Translations under genes and position numbers: made by a program | The notes under the pieces: generated by a model | Told to the model about the DNA's origin: nothing | The model's database searches: none | What the model saw: only the letters and a program-made list of their open reading frames with translations | In this document: piece by piece, positions 13,035 to 25,534 of the stretch | Numbering within the stretch: position 1 is the first letter of the stretch | How the letters are laid out: the number at the start of each line of letters is the position of its first letter | Assembly (NCBI GenBank): GCA_038087875.1 | Contig: CM075994.1 | Span: 9,984,001 to 10,048,000 of the forward strand | Direction of reading: 5' to 3' | DNA length: 64,000 nt | DNA from: Malacoraja senta | Lineage: Eukaryota

Positions 13035-13790
13035 TAATCCACGCGGCCGGTGATGGTGTGGCGCCTGGGTTCACGGCGGCATGTGTCGCTGGGCCGCCCG
13101 AGTCACGGAGCCGGCGATGCTGTGCGAGCGGCTCACGACCGGCCCCTCGCCGCGCTCTGGGGGGGCAGAGAGAAAAAGGCCTGTCTCACGAGTCTGCGGT
13201 CTATGGCGGCGAAACGGGAGGAATCTGCCGCCATAGACCGCGCACTCGTGAGAAAGTATAATTCCCGAGCCTTGCGGCGGTGTTCCCAACACCGCGCGGT
13301 GCTAAAATAAAATTGACAATGTCCAAAACACTATACTCACCGCACAACCTCCACCAGTGATGCACAAGTGCGGCACGGCCGCTCGCACGGGCCGCCACCA
13401 GTGTGGGTCGAGCGCCGTGCGTCAAACCTCCTCTTCCACAGCCTCCGCCAGTGACGCACGTGCCGCCGCCAGTGAGGCACGTGTGCTGCGCGGCCGCAGG
13501 CACAGCCACCGCTACAGCGCCGCGATCAGGATGGCCGCCGCCACAGCCGCCGCTGGTGAGTCACGTGCGGCGGGCCGACGTCATCGCAGTCGGCCCGCCC
13601 TTTTTTTACTTACCGCAAGCACGTGGGACCCGCCGTGTTTGAATTAACTCGGCCCCCGCGCAGCATTCGTGAGGCGCTCCGGTGGATAGGCTCGACGCAC
13701 TCGCCGTTGCCGCGCGGTCCTCGCTACCGGCAACGCCGCGCTTCACCGCCGATGACCGCAAACAGGTAAGACAGAGCCTCGCTTAAACCG
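13035..13790. promoter_or_regulatory. CpG island with candidate first exon(s), possibly a bidirectional promoter
   Basis: Very high CpG density and no match to other repeats in the window. + strand GCCGATGACCGCAAACAG|GTAAG (ATG 13752, donor after 13765). Minus-strand donor-like GTAAGT (~13607-13612) and GTGAGT (13335-13340). RFX-like GTTGCC/GGCAAC motifs at ~13706-13733. Confidence 0.45.
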
Positions 13791-13794
13791 GGGG

Positions 13795-14100
13795 GATGGC
13801 GGATCCTCCACGCCCTGGCGTTCCGCGCCACCACCTACCGGCTCGGGCGGTCCCCATCGGAGGCCTCTCTACCGGGGATTCCTCCCCCTGGGGTGGGGAG
13901 TGTTGCACAAGGCTGCGGCCTGTAGGCGGTTCACGGGCTCGCCAGCCGCCCGGCGCTTCCGCGGCGAGCAAGAGACCATGTTCCACCTGTACGTGCAGCG
14001 TGAGAGGTTGCACCCCCTATCTGAAGGGGGCTGCTCCTCAAGCCTTGGCTACATTGCAGCCCTGATATCTGGGCACCCGGTAGAGAGCAGGGAGGGGTCT
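13795..14100 (+). mobile_element. Tx1-like (L1 group) ORF2 C-terminal remnant
   Basis: SLYRG..P, GWGVLHKAAAC, RFTGSPAA..F.GEQETMFHLYVQ.ERLHPL resembles the degenerate Cys/His region of Tx1-type ORF2. Confidence 0.6.
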
Positions 14101-14102
14101 CA

Positions 14103-15810
14103 ACAGACAATAGACAACAGGTGCAGGAGTAGGCCATTCGGCCCTTCCAGCCAGCACCACCATTCAATGTGATCATGGCTGATCATCCCCAATCAGTACC
14201 CCGTTCCTGCCTTCTCCCCATATCCCCTGACTCCGCTATCTTTAAGAGCCCTATCTAGCTCTCTCTGGAAAGCATCCAGAGAACCTGCCTCCACCGCCCT
14301 CTGAGGCAGAGAATTCCACAGACTCACAACACTCTGTGAGAAAAAGTGTTTCCTCGTCTCCGTTCTAAATGGCTTACCCCTTATTCTTAAACTGTGGCCC
14401 CTGGTTCTGGACTCCCCCAACATCGGGAACACGTTTCCTGCCTCTAACGTGTCCAAACCCTTAATAATCTTATATGTTTCAATAAGTTCCCTTCTCATCC
14501 TTCTAAACTCCAGAGTGTAAAAACCCTGACCTCCCGTCTACCTCATTGGACACCTTTGAACAATCTTTAATTGGACTTTATTGGACGACTATGTTCTCTT
14601 GAAGTAAATGTTGTGCCACTATGCTTTGAGTGGGGCAGTGTGTCACACATTATCCATTCCCCCTTTGGCGGACCATGGGGCAGTGTGTCACACACTATCC
14701 GTTCCCCCTTTGGCGGATGATGGGGCAGTGTGTCACACGCTATCCTTTCCCCCTTTGGCGGACGATGGGGCAGTGTGTCACACATTATCCGTTCCCCCAA
14801 GAGAACACAGCCGCGACTTTGATAAGACACAAAAGTAAAGCGAGAGAGATATAATCTTGGAAATACTGGAAAAACAATCTCTTCCCATTAAACCTACGAT
14901 TTCATTCAATGGATCTTCAGACGGAGACTCTGGCCTAATTTCGGAATTAAGACATCGTTATTCAATAGACAATAGACAACAGGTGCAGGAGGAGGCCATT
15001 TGGCCCTTCGAGCCAGCACCGCCATTCAATGTGATCATGGCTGATCATCCCCAATCAGTACCCCGTTCCTGCCTTCTCCCCATATCCCCTGACTCAGCTA
15101 TCTTGAAGTGCCCTATAGAAATATAGAAACATAGAAAATAGGTGCAGGAGTAGGCCATTCGGCCCTTCGAGCCTGCACCGCCATTCAATATGATCATGGC
15201 TGATCATCCAACTCAGTATCCTGTACCTGCCTTCTCTCCATACCCGCTGATCCCTTTAGCCACAAGGGCCACATCTAACTCCCTCTTAAATATAGCCAAT
15301 GAACTGGCCTCAACTACCTTCTGTAGCAGAGAATTCCACAGATTCACCACTCTCTGTGTGAAAAAGTGTTTCCTCATCTCCGTTGTAAATGGCCTACCCC
15401 TTATTCTTAAACCATGGCCCCTGGTTCTGGACTCCCCCAACATCGGGAAGATGTTTCCTGCCTCTAGCATGGCCAAACCCTTAATAATCCTATAGGTTTC
15501 AATAAGATCCCCTCTCATCCTTCTAAACTCCAGAGTATACAAGCCCAGCCACTCCATTCTCTCAGTATATGACAGTCCCGCCATCCCGGGAATTAACCTT
15601 GTAAACCTACGCTGCACTCCCTCTATAGCAAGAATGTCCTTCCTCAAATTTGTTACCAAAACTGCGCACAATACTCCAGGTGTGGTCTCACTAGGACTCT
15701 GTACAACTGCAGAAGGACCTCTTTGCTCCTATATTCGACTCCTCTTGTTATGAAGGCCAACATGCCATTCGCTTTCTTCACTGCCTGCTGTACCTGCATG
15801 CTTACTTTCA
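14103..15810 (-). mobile_element. CR1 3' fragments (14103-14520, 14963-15810)
   Basis: ORFs 14193-14498 and 15213-15671 encode the CR1 RT C-terminus; CR1 3' UTR with (AATAGAC)n/(ATAGAAAC)n tails. Confidence 0.9.
14630..14798. repeat. 45-bp minisatellite, ~3.7 copies
   Basis: GGGGCAGTGTGTCACAC... recurs at 14632, 14677, 14722 and 14767. Confidence 0.9.
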
Positions 15811-16029
15811 TTGTCTGATGAAGAAGGACCCCCAGATCCCATTGTACTTCCTACCTTTCTTCAGACTCGACCCCGAAACATCACCCGTTCCTTCTCCCCA
15901 GAGATGCTGCCTGTCCTGCTGAGTTACTCCAGCATTTTGTGTCTTATCTTCGATTTAAACGAGCATCTGCAGTTCCTCCCTAAACATGATGGCGGGGGAA
16001 AAAAGACTTCCTCTTCTGCCCCTGTGTTT

Positions 16030-16850
16030 GGATAGAGTCCATAGCGTCGTAGGAAACAGGCCCTTCGGCCCAACTCGCCCACACCGGCCAACTATGTCCC
16101 AGCTACACTAGTCCCACCTGCCTGCGCTTGGTCCATATCCCTCCAAACCTGTCCTATCCATGTACCTGTCGAACCGCTTCTTAAAGTTTGGGATAGTCCC
16201 AGCCTCAACTACCTCCTCTGGCAGCTTGTTCCATACACCCACCACCCTCTGTGTGAAAATGTTACTCCTCGGATTCCTATTAAATCTTTTCCCCTTCATC
16301 TTGAACCCATGTCCTCTGGTCCTCGATTCCTCTACTCTTGGTAAAAGACTCTGTGCGTCTACCCGATCTATTCCTCTCATGATTTTGTACACCTCTATAA
16401 GATCTCCCCTCATCCTCCTGCCCTCCATGGAATAGAGACCCACCCAGACGTGCTGTCTGTACGGAGTTTGCAGGTTCTCCCCGTGACCCGCGTGGGTTTT
16501 ACTCCGAGATCTTCGGTTTCCTCCCACACTCTAAAGACGTGCAGGTTTGTAGGTTAATTGGCTTGGACAATTTGGTATAAATTGTCTTTAGTGTGTGTAG
16601 GGCAGTGTTAATGTGCGGGGATCGCTGGTCGGCACGGACCCGGTGGGCCGAAGGACCTGCTTCCGAGCCCTATCTCTAAAGTAAATTAAACTACGCAAGA
16701 GAGAGTTAGATTTAGCTCTTGGTGCTAAAACACACTGGTCCTCGATTCCCCTAAGATCCCCCTCATCCTCCTGCGCTCCATGGAATAGAGACCCAGCCAA
16801 CTCAACCTCTCCCTATAGCTCACACCCTCTAGTCCCGGCAACATCCTCGT
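16030..16850. mobile_element. CR1 3' fragment (-) interrupted by a V-SINE-like fragment (16445-16690 +)
   Basis: MRGDLIEVYKIMRGIDRVD; the SINE core tgctgtctgtacggagtttgca...ccacactctaaagacgtgcaggtt matches 61560-61660. Confidence 0.75.
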
Positions 16851-17141
16851 GAAAGCTGTTGGCATTAATGTCTCAATTTAACCCCGTAAATCGTCAGATT
16901 ACAGCCACAGATCCGTGCTGGGCCACTCTTCCGAGCACAATCCCTTCAGACAGATCCCTGCTAATCCCACACCGCATATCCACAGTGCGAGACCTGGGAA
17001 ACATTCGGACGCCCAATCTCAGAAGCGGGGATAAGAAGACTGTGTCTTCAATCCAACACGCACCTTATGCTATCCCCGCTGCAGCTCACATCAGATTACT
17101 TCTGACGTGGCCCCGGCTTAACGAGACAAATCCTTCCACCG

Positions 17142-17885
17142 CCCCCTAATTTGAGGAAGGACATTCTTGCCATTGAGGGAGTGCAGCGTAGGTTTACAAG
17201 GTTAATTCCCGGGATGGCGGGACTGTCATATGCTGAGAGAATGGAGCGGCTGGGCTTGTATACTCTGGAGTTTAGAAGGATGAGAGGATATCGTATTGAA
17301 ACATATAACATTGTTAAGGGTTTGGACACGCTAGAGGCAGGAAACATCTTCCCAATGTTGGGGGGAGTCCAGAACCAGGGGCCACACACAGTTTAAGAAT
17401 AAGAGGTAAGCCATTTAGAACGGAGATGAGGAAACACGTTTTCTCACAGAGAGTTGTGAGTGTGGAATTCTTTGCCTCAGAGGGCGGTGGAGGCCGGTTC
17501 TCTGGATACTTTTCAAGAGCTGGATAGGGCTCTTCAAGATAGCGGAGTCAGGGGATATGGGGAGAAGGCAGGAACTGATTCAGGATGATCAGCCATGATC
17601 ACATTGAATGGCGGTGCTGGCTCGAAGGGCCGAATGGCCTACTCCTGCACCTATTGTCTATTGTCTATTGTTTCTTAAAAGTTGGGATAGTCCCAGCCTC
17701 AACTACCTCCTCTGGCAGCTTGTTCCATACACCCACCACCCCTCTGTGTGAAAAAGTTACCCCTCAGATTCCTATTAAATCTTTTCCCCTTCACCTTGAA
17801 CCTGTGTCCTCTGGTCCTCGATTCCCTACTCTGGGCAAGAGACTCTGTGCATCTACCCGATCTATTCCTCTCGTGATTTTGTACA
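17142..17885. mobile_element. CR1 3' fragments (17142-17670 +, 17670-17885 -)
   Basis: RKDILAIEGVQRRFTRLIPGMAGLSY and CR1 3' UTR. Confidence 0.85.
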
Positions 17886-18949
17886 GTGTACGATGTACTA
17901 ATTGATTGTAATGCGCTAATTGGGAGCTGAACGAGCTTATGAGGCAGGCAGTGGCTGTCGACAAGGCCTATCCACCCCATCAATAATAACATCCCCGAGG
18001 GTCTTGGTTCAATAGTGGATGGGGGGGGGGGGAGTGAGCATCACATTATCACCTCCAACTTTCTCACTTCCAAATAAGGGACACAAGGTCAAAATGCGGG
18101 ACAAATTCCCCACGGCAATTCGTTGACCCACTCGTCTTCTAAAATGACGGCAGAGTCCCAGCCCCGACTACCTCCTCTGGCAGGTCGTTCCATACACCCC
18201 ACCACCCTCTGTGTGAAATCGACTGGTTTAGAGTAATAACATGGTTCAGTGCTGCAGGGATGTCGTTAGTTTGTGCCAAGGCCACTCTGCTCAAGAAGGA
18301 ACTGCAGATGCTGGAAAATCCCAGGTAGACAAAAATGCTGGAGAAACTCAGCCGGTGCAGCAGCATCTATGGAGCGCAGGAAATAGGCAACGTTTCAAGC
18401 CGAAACCCTTCGCTCCATAGATGCTGCTTCACCTGCTGAGTTTCTCCAGCATTTCTGTGTACCATGGTCACTCTGATGGAGATGAACACATCTCCACAAT
18501 CAGCAGCCTGCTTTTATTATGATCAAAAAATATTTTATTGCAATAACAAAAACAGTCTGAAGAAGGGTTTCGACCCGAAACGTCGCCCGTTCCTTCTGTC
18601 CAGAGATGCTGCCTCACCCGCTGAATTACTGATATGGGATGATCAGCCATGATCACATTGAATGGTGGTGCTGGCTCGAAGGGCCGAATGGCCTACTCCT
18701 GTACCTATTGTCTATTGTCTGTTACTCCAGTATTTTGTGCCTACCTTCGATTTAAATTAGCACCAGTTCATTCTTACACATAATATAATATAATACAACA
18801 TAATATCACTACACAATAATATATACAAATATATTACTATCTATTTTCTATTATAATATATAAATATAGATATATATCTATAAATAAATTCCTCGCATGT
18901 TGCAAAACATACTTGGCGAATAAAGTGTGATTCTGATTGTAATTATATT

Positions 18950-20618
18950 ACAATAGACAATAGGTGCAGGAGGAGGTCATTCAGCCCTTCGAGCCAGCAC
19001 CGCCATTCAATGTGATCATGGCTGATCATCCCCAATCAGTACCCCGTTCCTGCCTTCTCCCCATATCACCTGACTCCACTATCTAGCTCTCTCTTGAAAG
19101 TATCCAGAGAACCTGCCTCTGAGGCAGAGAAATCCACAGACTGAAAGTGAAAAAGTGTTTCCTCGTCTCCGTTCTAAATGGCCGACCCCTTATTCTTGAA
19201 CTGTGTGTGGCCCCTGATTCTGGACTCCCCCAACATCGGGAACATGTTTCCTGCCTCTAGCGTGTCCAAACCCTTAATAATCTTATATTTTTCAATAAAA
19301 TCCTCTCTCGTTCTTCTAAACTCCAGAGTATACAAGCCCAGCCGCCCCATTCTCTCAGCCTTTGACAGTCCCGCCATCCCGGGAATTAACCTGGTGAACC
19401 TACGCTGCACTCCCTCAATAGCATGAATGTCCTTCCTCAAATGAATGGGAGATGCCAGAGAGTAATGGTGGATGGCTGTTTGTCAGGTTGGAGGCCGGTG
19501 ACTAGTGGGGTGCCTCAGGGGTCTGTGTTGGGTCCACTGTTGTTTGGCATGTACATCAATGATCTGGTTGATGGTGTAAAAAATTGGATTAGTAAGTATG
19601 CAGATGATACTAAGATAGGTGGTGTTGTGGATAATGAAGTAGATTTTCAAAGTCTACAGAGAGATTTAGGCCATTTGGAAGAGTGGGCTGAAAGATGGCA
19701 GATGGAGTTTAATGCTGATAAATGTGAGGTGCTACATCTCGGCAGGACAAATGAAAATAGGACGTACATGGTAAATGGTAGCGAATTGAGGAATGCAGTT
19801 GAACAGAGGGATCTAGGAATAACTGTGCATAGTTCCCTGAAGGTGCAATCTCATGTAGATAGGGTGGTAAAGAAAGCTTTTGGTGTGCTGGCCTTTATAA
19901 ATCAGAGCATTGAATATAGAAGTTGGGATGTAATGTTAAAATTGTACAAGGCATTGGTGAGGCCAATTCTGGAGTATGGAGTACAATTTTGGTCGCCTAA
20001 TTATAGGAAGGATGTCAACAAAATGGAGAGAGTACAGAGGAGATTTACTAGAATGTTGCCTGGGTTTCAGCAACTAAGTTACAGAGAAAGGTTGAACAAG
20101 TTAGGTCTTTATTCTTTGGAGCGCAGAAGGTTAAGAGGGGACTTGATAGAGGTCTTTAAAATTATGAGCGGGTTAGACAGAGTGGACGTGGATAAGCTTT
20201 TCCCATTGAGAGTAGGGAAGATTCAAACAAGGGGACATGACTTGAGAATTAAGGGACTGAAGTTTAGGGGGAACATTAGGGGGAACTTCTTTACTCAGAG
20301 AGTGGTAGCTGTGTGGAATGAGCTTCCAGTGGAAATGATGGAGGCAGGTTTGATTTTATCCTTTAAAAATAGATTGGATGGGTATATGGACGGGAAAGGA
20401 ATGGATGGTTATGGTGTGAGTGCAGGTAGATGGGACTAGGGGGAGTTAATTTAAAAAAAAACTGTTCAGCACGGACTTGAAGGGCCGAGATGGCCTGTTT
20501 CCGTGCTGTTATGGTTATATGGTTATATGGTTAAATTAGGGGACCAAAACTGCACACAATACTCCAGGTGTGGTCTCACTAGGGCCCTGTACAACTGCAG
20601 AAGGCCCTCTTTGCTCCT
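18950..20618 (-). mobile_element. CR1 3' fragment split by a younger CR1 insertion
   Basis: Host sequence ccttcctcaaat (to 19442) resumes as aattaggggaccaaaac at ~20534. Confidence 0.8.
19443..20533 (+). mobile_element. Young 5'-truncated CR1 with uninterrupted RT C-terminal ORF
   Basis: ORF 19423-20439 ([16 protein letters not shown]) is nearly identical to 2312-3300; (TATATGGT)n tail. Confidence 0.92.
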
Positions 20619-20814
20619 AAGTAACAGCCCCGGGCTACTGGAGGGTGGGGGAGGGGGCGTTACAGCCGGCATTCTGCTGAGTTAACAACAATTCAGCCCT
20701 TTCCCACCTCCCATCCCCGGTCAGGATCTGTGGCGCGGCTAAACACACAACACGTGTTTAGACCTGCCCCAGTGCACACTGCCGTTCATGTAAACACCCA
20801 TCCCCCAGCCGCAA

Positions 20815-21595
20815 TCTCCCTCTCTCCCCCGCCCCCACCCCCTCTCCATTCTTCCCCCTCTCTCCCACAGCCCCTCCCCCCTCTCCATTCGACCCTTCTC
20901 CTCTCCCCCCTTCTCTCTCGCCTCCCTCTCCTTCTCTCTTCCCACCTCCTCTCTCTCCATGCCCTCTCTCTCTCTCACCCCCTCTCCCCTTCTCTCACCC
21001 CCACTCCTCCTCTCTCCCCTCCTTCTCCTCTCTCCTCTTCCCTCTCCCCCCATCACCCCTCTCCCCCCTCCATTCGACCCCTCTCCTTTCCCCCCTTCTC
21101 TCTCTCTCCCCTCTCTCCCTCCCCTCACCTCTCTCCCCCCTCTCCATTCTACTTCTCCTCTCTCCCTCCCCCGTCACTCCCTGTTCCTCTCTTCCATCAT
21201 CCCTCCCCTCTCTCTCCCTCCCCTTTTCCCTCCCTCTTTCTTACTCTCTCCCCCCCTCATCCCCTCTCTCTCCCGCCCCCCCTCCCCCCTCCCCCAGCTG
21301 CTGGTGTGGACTTGGGCTGCTGCCGGTGCTGTGTGTGTGAGCAGCATGAACATGGACAAAGGCTGTCAACATTAGTGTTCCGGGTCATTCACTCCCAACA
21401 GCGGATAACATTTGATTGAGTCGGTAACAGGGGACTGTGTCCGGGGGCTTTATTAATTCAGTGACCATCAGCAAAGAGGCTTCCGACACACACACACACA
21501 GAGAGAGGCAGACAGAGACAGAGATAGAGAGATAGAGAGACAGAGAGAGAGACAGACAAGAGAGAGAGACAGACAGAGAGAGAGAGACAGACAGA

Positions 21596-21626
<31 letters not shown>

Positions 21627-22680
21627 GACAGAGACAGAGAGTGAGAGACAGAGTGAGAGAGGCAGAGAGACAGAGAGGCAGAGAGACAGAGGGGGCAGAG
21701 AGAGGGACAGAGAGAGGGACAGAGAGAGGGACAGAGAGAGGGACAGAGAGGGACAGAGAGAGGGACAGAGAGAGGGACAGACAGAGGGACAGACAGAGGG
21801 ACAGACAGAGGGACAGAGAGAGGGACAGAGAGAGGGACAGAGAGAGGGACAGAGAGACATATACACCGATGGAGAGATAAAGACAGATAGCAACAGAGAG
21901 AGAGAAATGGCTACAACATAATAATAATAATAATAATGGTTGGGATTTATATAGCGCCTTTCTAATACTCAAGGCGCAAGAACAGCCCCGCACTAGAACA
22001 GGCGCCCCCTGCCCATGATGCTTCAACCTCTCTCTCTCTCTCTCTCTCTCTCCCACTGCGTCTCTCTCTGTGTCTCTCTCCCTGCCCACGATGCTTATGC
22101 TGAGCACGATGTCAAGACCCTCTCTTATCTAGAAACAAGGAAGTGCAGACGCTAGTTTACACAAAAGGACACAGAGTGCTGGAGTAACCCAGCGGGTCAG
22201 GCAGCATCTCTGGGGATCATGGAACAGAGAACATTTCGGCAAAGCCGCCCTTCTCGAGACGAAACGTCACCCATCCACGTTCTCCAGAGATGCTGCCTGA
22301 GTTACTCCAGCATTTTGTTGTGTTTGTCTTCGGTTTAAACCAGCACCTGCAGTTCCTTCTCACATATTAGAAAATAAAAAGATGACAAGCAGATTTTGTG
22401 TAAAGTTGAATCAATTATTTTGAGAATAACAATCGACCTGTTATGTACCATAACAAAAGTGACCTGCTGATAATAACCTTGGGGAAGGATGGGACAGAGA
22501 GAGACAGAGAGAAAAAAGAGAGAAAGAGAGAGAAGGAGGGAAAGGGGGAGAGGAAAGGGAGGGAGAAAGGGAGAGAGAGAGAGGAGAGAGAGAGAAAGAG
22601 AGAGAGAGAGGAGAGAGAGAGAAGGAAGGGAGAAGAGAGAGAGAGGGAGAGAGAGACAGCGAGAGAGAGGAGAGATCAAG
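20815..22680. repeat. CT-rich and GA/GACA-rich simple-repeat tracts (20815-21295, 21485-21905, 22480-22680)
   Basis: Direct inspection; includes (AGAGAGGGACAG)n. Confidence 0.9.
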
Positions 22681-22807
22681 GGGAAGAATCCACTGTGCCA
22701 CAGAGTACTGCTGTTGTTACTAACACTTCTCATGTGATAAAACGTGCCGTAACAGCGTGTGTGTGCAGTCACAGCTGTCAATAGGATTCATGATTAAGAA
22801 CATGGCG

Positions 22808-23007
22808 NNNNNNNNNNNNNNNNNNNNNNNNNNNNNNNNNNNNNNNNNNNNNNNNNNNNNNNNNNNNNNNNNNNNNNNNNNNNNNNNNNNNNNNNNNNNN
22901 NNNNNNNNNNNNNNNNNNNNNNNNNNNNNNNNNNNNNNNNNNNNNNNNNNNNNNNNNNNNNNNNNNNNNNNNNNNNNNNNNNNNNNNNNNNNNNNNNNNN
23001 NNNNNNN
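22808..23007. other. Assembly gap (200 N)
   Basis: Run of N. Confidence 1.
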
Positions 23008-25320
23008 AGAAAAAAGTTTTTCACCCAGAGAGTTGTGAATTTATGGAATTCCCTGCCACAGAGGGCAGTGGAGGCCAAATCACTGGATGGATTTAAGAGA
23101 GAGTTAGATAGAGCTTTAGGGGTTAGTGGAATCAAGGGATATGGGGAGAAGGCAGGCACGGGTTATTGATAGGGGACGATCAGCCATGATCACAATGAAT
23201 GGCGGTGCTGGCTCGAAGGGCCGAACGGCCTCCTCCTGCACCTATTTTCTATGTTTCTAAACTGCCCCCCCCCCCCCCCCCCCGAGATACAAGAAGACAA
23301 ACAGCTGCAGGAATCCTGAATAAGAAACATAAGTGTTGGAGGAGTAGACACAAAATACTGGAGTGACTCGGCGGGACAGGCAGCGTATCTGGGGAGAAGG
23401 AATGGGTGACGTTTCGGGTCGAGACCCATCATCAGTCTGAGGAAGGGTGACAAAAATGCTGGAGAAACTCAGCGGGTGAGGCAGCGTCCATGGAGCGAAA
23501 GGAAGAGGTGACGTTTCGGGTAGAGACTCTTCTTCAGACTCCCAGTCTGAAGAAGGGTCTCGACCCGAAACGTCACCCACTCATTCCTTCTCCCCAGAGA
23601 TGCCACCTGTTTGAGGAAGAACGTTCTTGCTATTGAGGGAGTGCAGCGTAGGTTCACAAGGTTAATTCCCGGGATGGCGGGACTGTCATATGCTGAGAGA
23701 ATGGAGCGGCTGGGCTTGTATACTCTGGAGTTTAGAAGGATGAGAGGGATTCTTATTGAAACATATAAGATTATTAAGGGTTTGGACACGGTAGAGGCAG
23801 GGAACATGTTCCCGATGTTGGGGGAGTCCAGAACCAGGGGCCACACAGTTTAAGAATAATGGGTAAGCCATTTAGAACAGGGACGAGGAAAAACTTTTTC
23901 TCACATAGAGTTGTGAGTCTGTGGAATTCTCTGCCTCGGAGGGCGGTGGAGGCAGGTTCTCTGGATACTTTCAAGAGAGAGCAAGATAACGGAGTCAGGG
24001 GAGATGGGGAGAAGGCAGGAACGGGGTACTGATTGGGGATGATCAGCCATGATCACATTGAATGGCGGTGCTGGCTCGAAGGGCCGAATAGCCTACTCCT
24101 GCGCCTATTGTCTATTGTCCCGACGAGTTACTCCAGCATTTTGTGTCTATCTTGGATTTAAACCAGCATCTGCAGTTCTCTCCTACAGTGTCGGAGGGGC
24201 TCAGCGGGCCAGGCAGAATCTGCGTGGGGAAATGCTTCAAGACGGAATAGCTCTGAAACTATCAAAATATCAATACAGTATTGGCATCTTCGCCCTCTAA
24301 TAATTTTAAGAGCGGCGGCGGGGGGGGGGGGGGGGGGGGGGGTGGGGGGGGGGGTGGGAGGAGGGGGGGGAGGAAATGTGGGCAACAGTGATATTCAGAA
24401 GAAAAATAGAAAATAGGTGCAGGATTTGGCCATTCGGCCCTACCAGCCAGCATCTAAAATCAGTACCCCGTTCCTGCTTTGTCCCCATATCTCTTGATAC
24501 CTTTAGCCCTAAGAGCTAAATCTAACTCTCTTGAAAACATCCAGTGAATCGGCCTCCACTGCCTTCTGCGGCAGAGAATTCCAAAAATTCACAACTCTCT
24601 GGGTGAAAACGTTTTTCCTCATCACATTCCTAAATGGCCTACCCTCATTCTTAAACTGTGAACCCCCCCCCCCCCCCCACCTCCTGGTTCTGGACTCCCC
24701 CAACATCGGGAACATTTTCCCTGCATCTAGCCTGTCCAATCCTTTAAGAATTTTATAAGCTTCTGTGACATACCCTCTCATCCTTCTAAATTCCAGTAAA
24801 TACAAACCCAGTCAATCCATTCTTTATTTTCTTTAGCACTCCTATAAGTAGCTGCGTTCCAGTGAAGAGTCTATTCAGACGATTCACTGTAACATAACAT
24901 GAGAATGGACCGGGATGAGGAAGCTTATCTTCTCATTAGCCAATTTCATCCGTGAAGGTTTGCGGTTAGATCATAAGGCATAGGGGTAGAATTAGGCCAT
25001 TCGTTCCATCGAGTCTCCTGCTATTCGATCATGCTCGTCTATATTTCCTTCCTAATCGCATTCTCCTGTCTTCTCCCCGTAACCCTTGGCACCGTCCCTA
25101 ATCAAGAATCTGCCAATCTCCGCTTTAAAAATACCCAATGACTTGGCCCCCACCGCCGTCTGTGGCAATGGATTCCACAGATTCACCATCCTCTGACGAG
25201 AGAAATTCCTCCTCATCTCCACTCGAAAGGTGGGTCATTTTATCCTGAGGCTGTGCCCTCTGGTCCTAGATTCTCCCTCTAATGGAAACATCCTCTTCCA
25301 CGCTTTCTAGACGATAGGTT
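23008..25320. mobile_element. Further CR1 3' fragments (23008-23258 +, 23610-24118 +, 24405-24825 -, 24970-25320 -)
   Basis: CR1 RT C-terminal peptides and 3' UTR sequence. Confidence 0.8.
23340..23610. mobile_element. Penelope-derived short elements with three hammerhead-like motifs, including an inverted pair
   Basis: Minus strand CTGATGATGGGTCTCGACCCGAAACGTC (23408-23435); inverted pair GACGTTTCGGG...CTTCAG / CTGAAGAAGGGTCTCGACCCGAAACGTC (23510-23574). Confidence 0.75.
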
Positions 25321-25534
25321 TCAATGTTATCTCACCCCCCACCTAACCGCACAAAATAGTGAAACCAAAGTCAATCTTTTTTTAAATTTCATATCAACAA
25401 ATTAGTTCAAACTCTCAAACTCCTGGTAAATTAAAAAAATATATCCAACAGCTAAATGTACAACGGAACTGATAGAATTGTTAGTAGACAAAAGTGCTGG
25501 AGAAACTCAGCGGGTGAGGCAGCATCTATGGAGC

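Noticed and set aside
14630..14798. CRISPR-like array (also the short repeats at 33640-33720, 47335-47505 and 47810-47860)
   Set aside because: Head-to-tail minisatellites without unique spacers; eukaryotic context and no cas genes.
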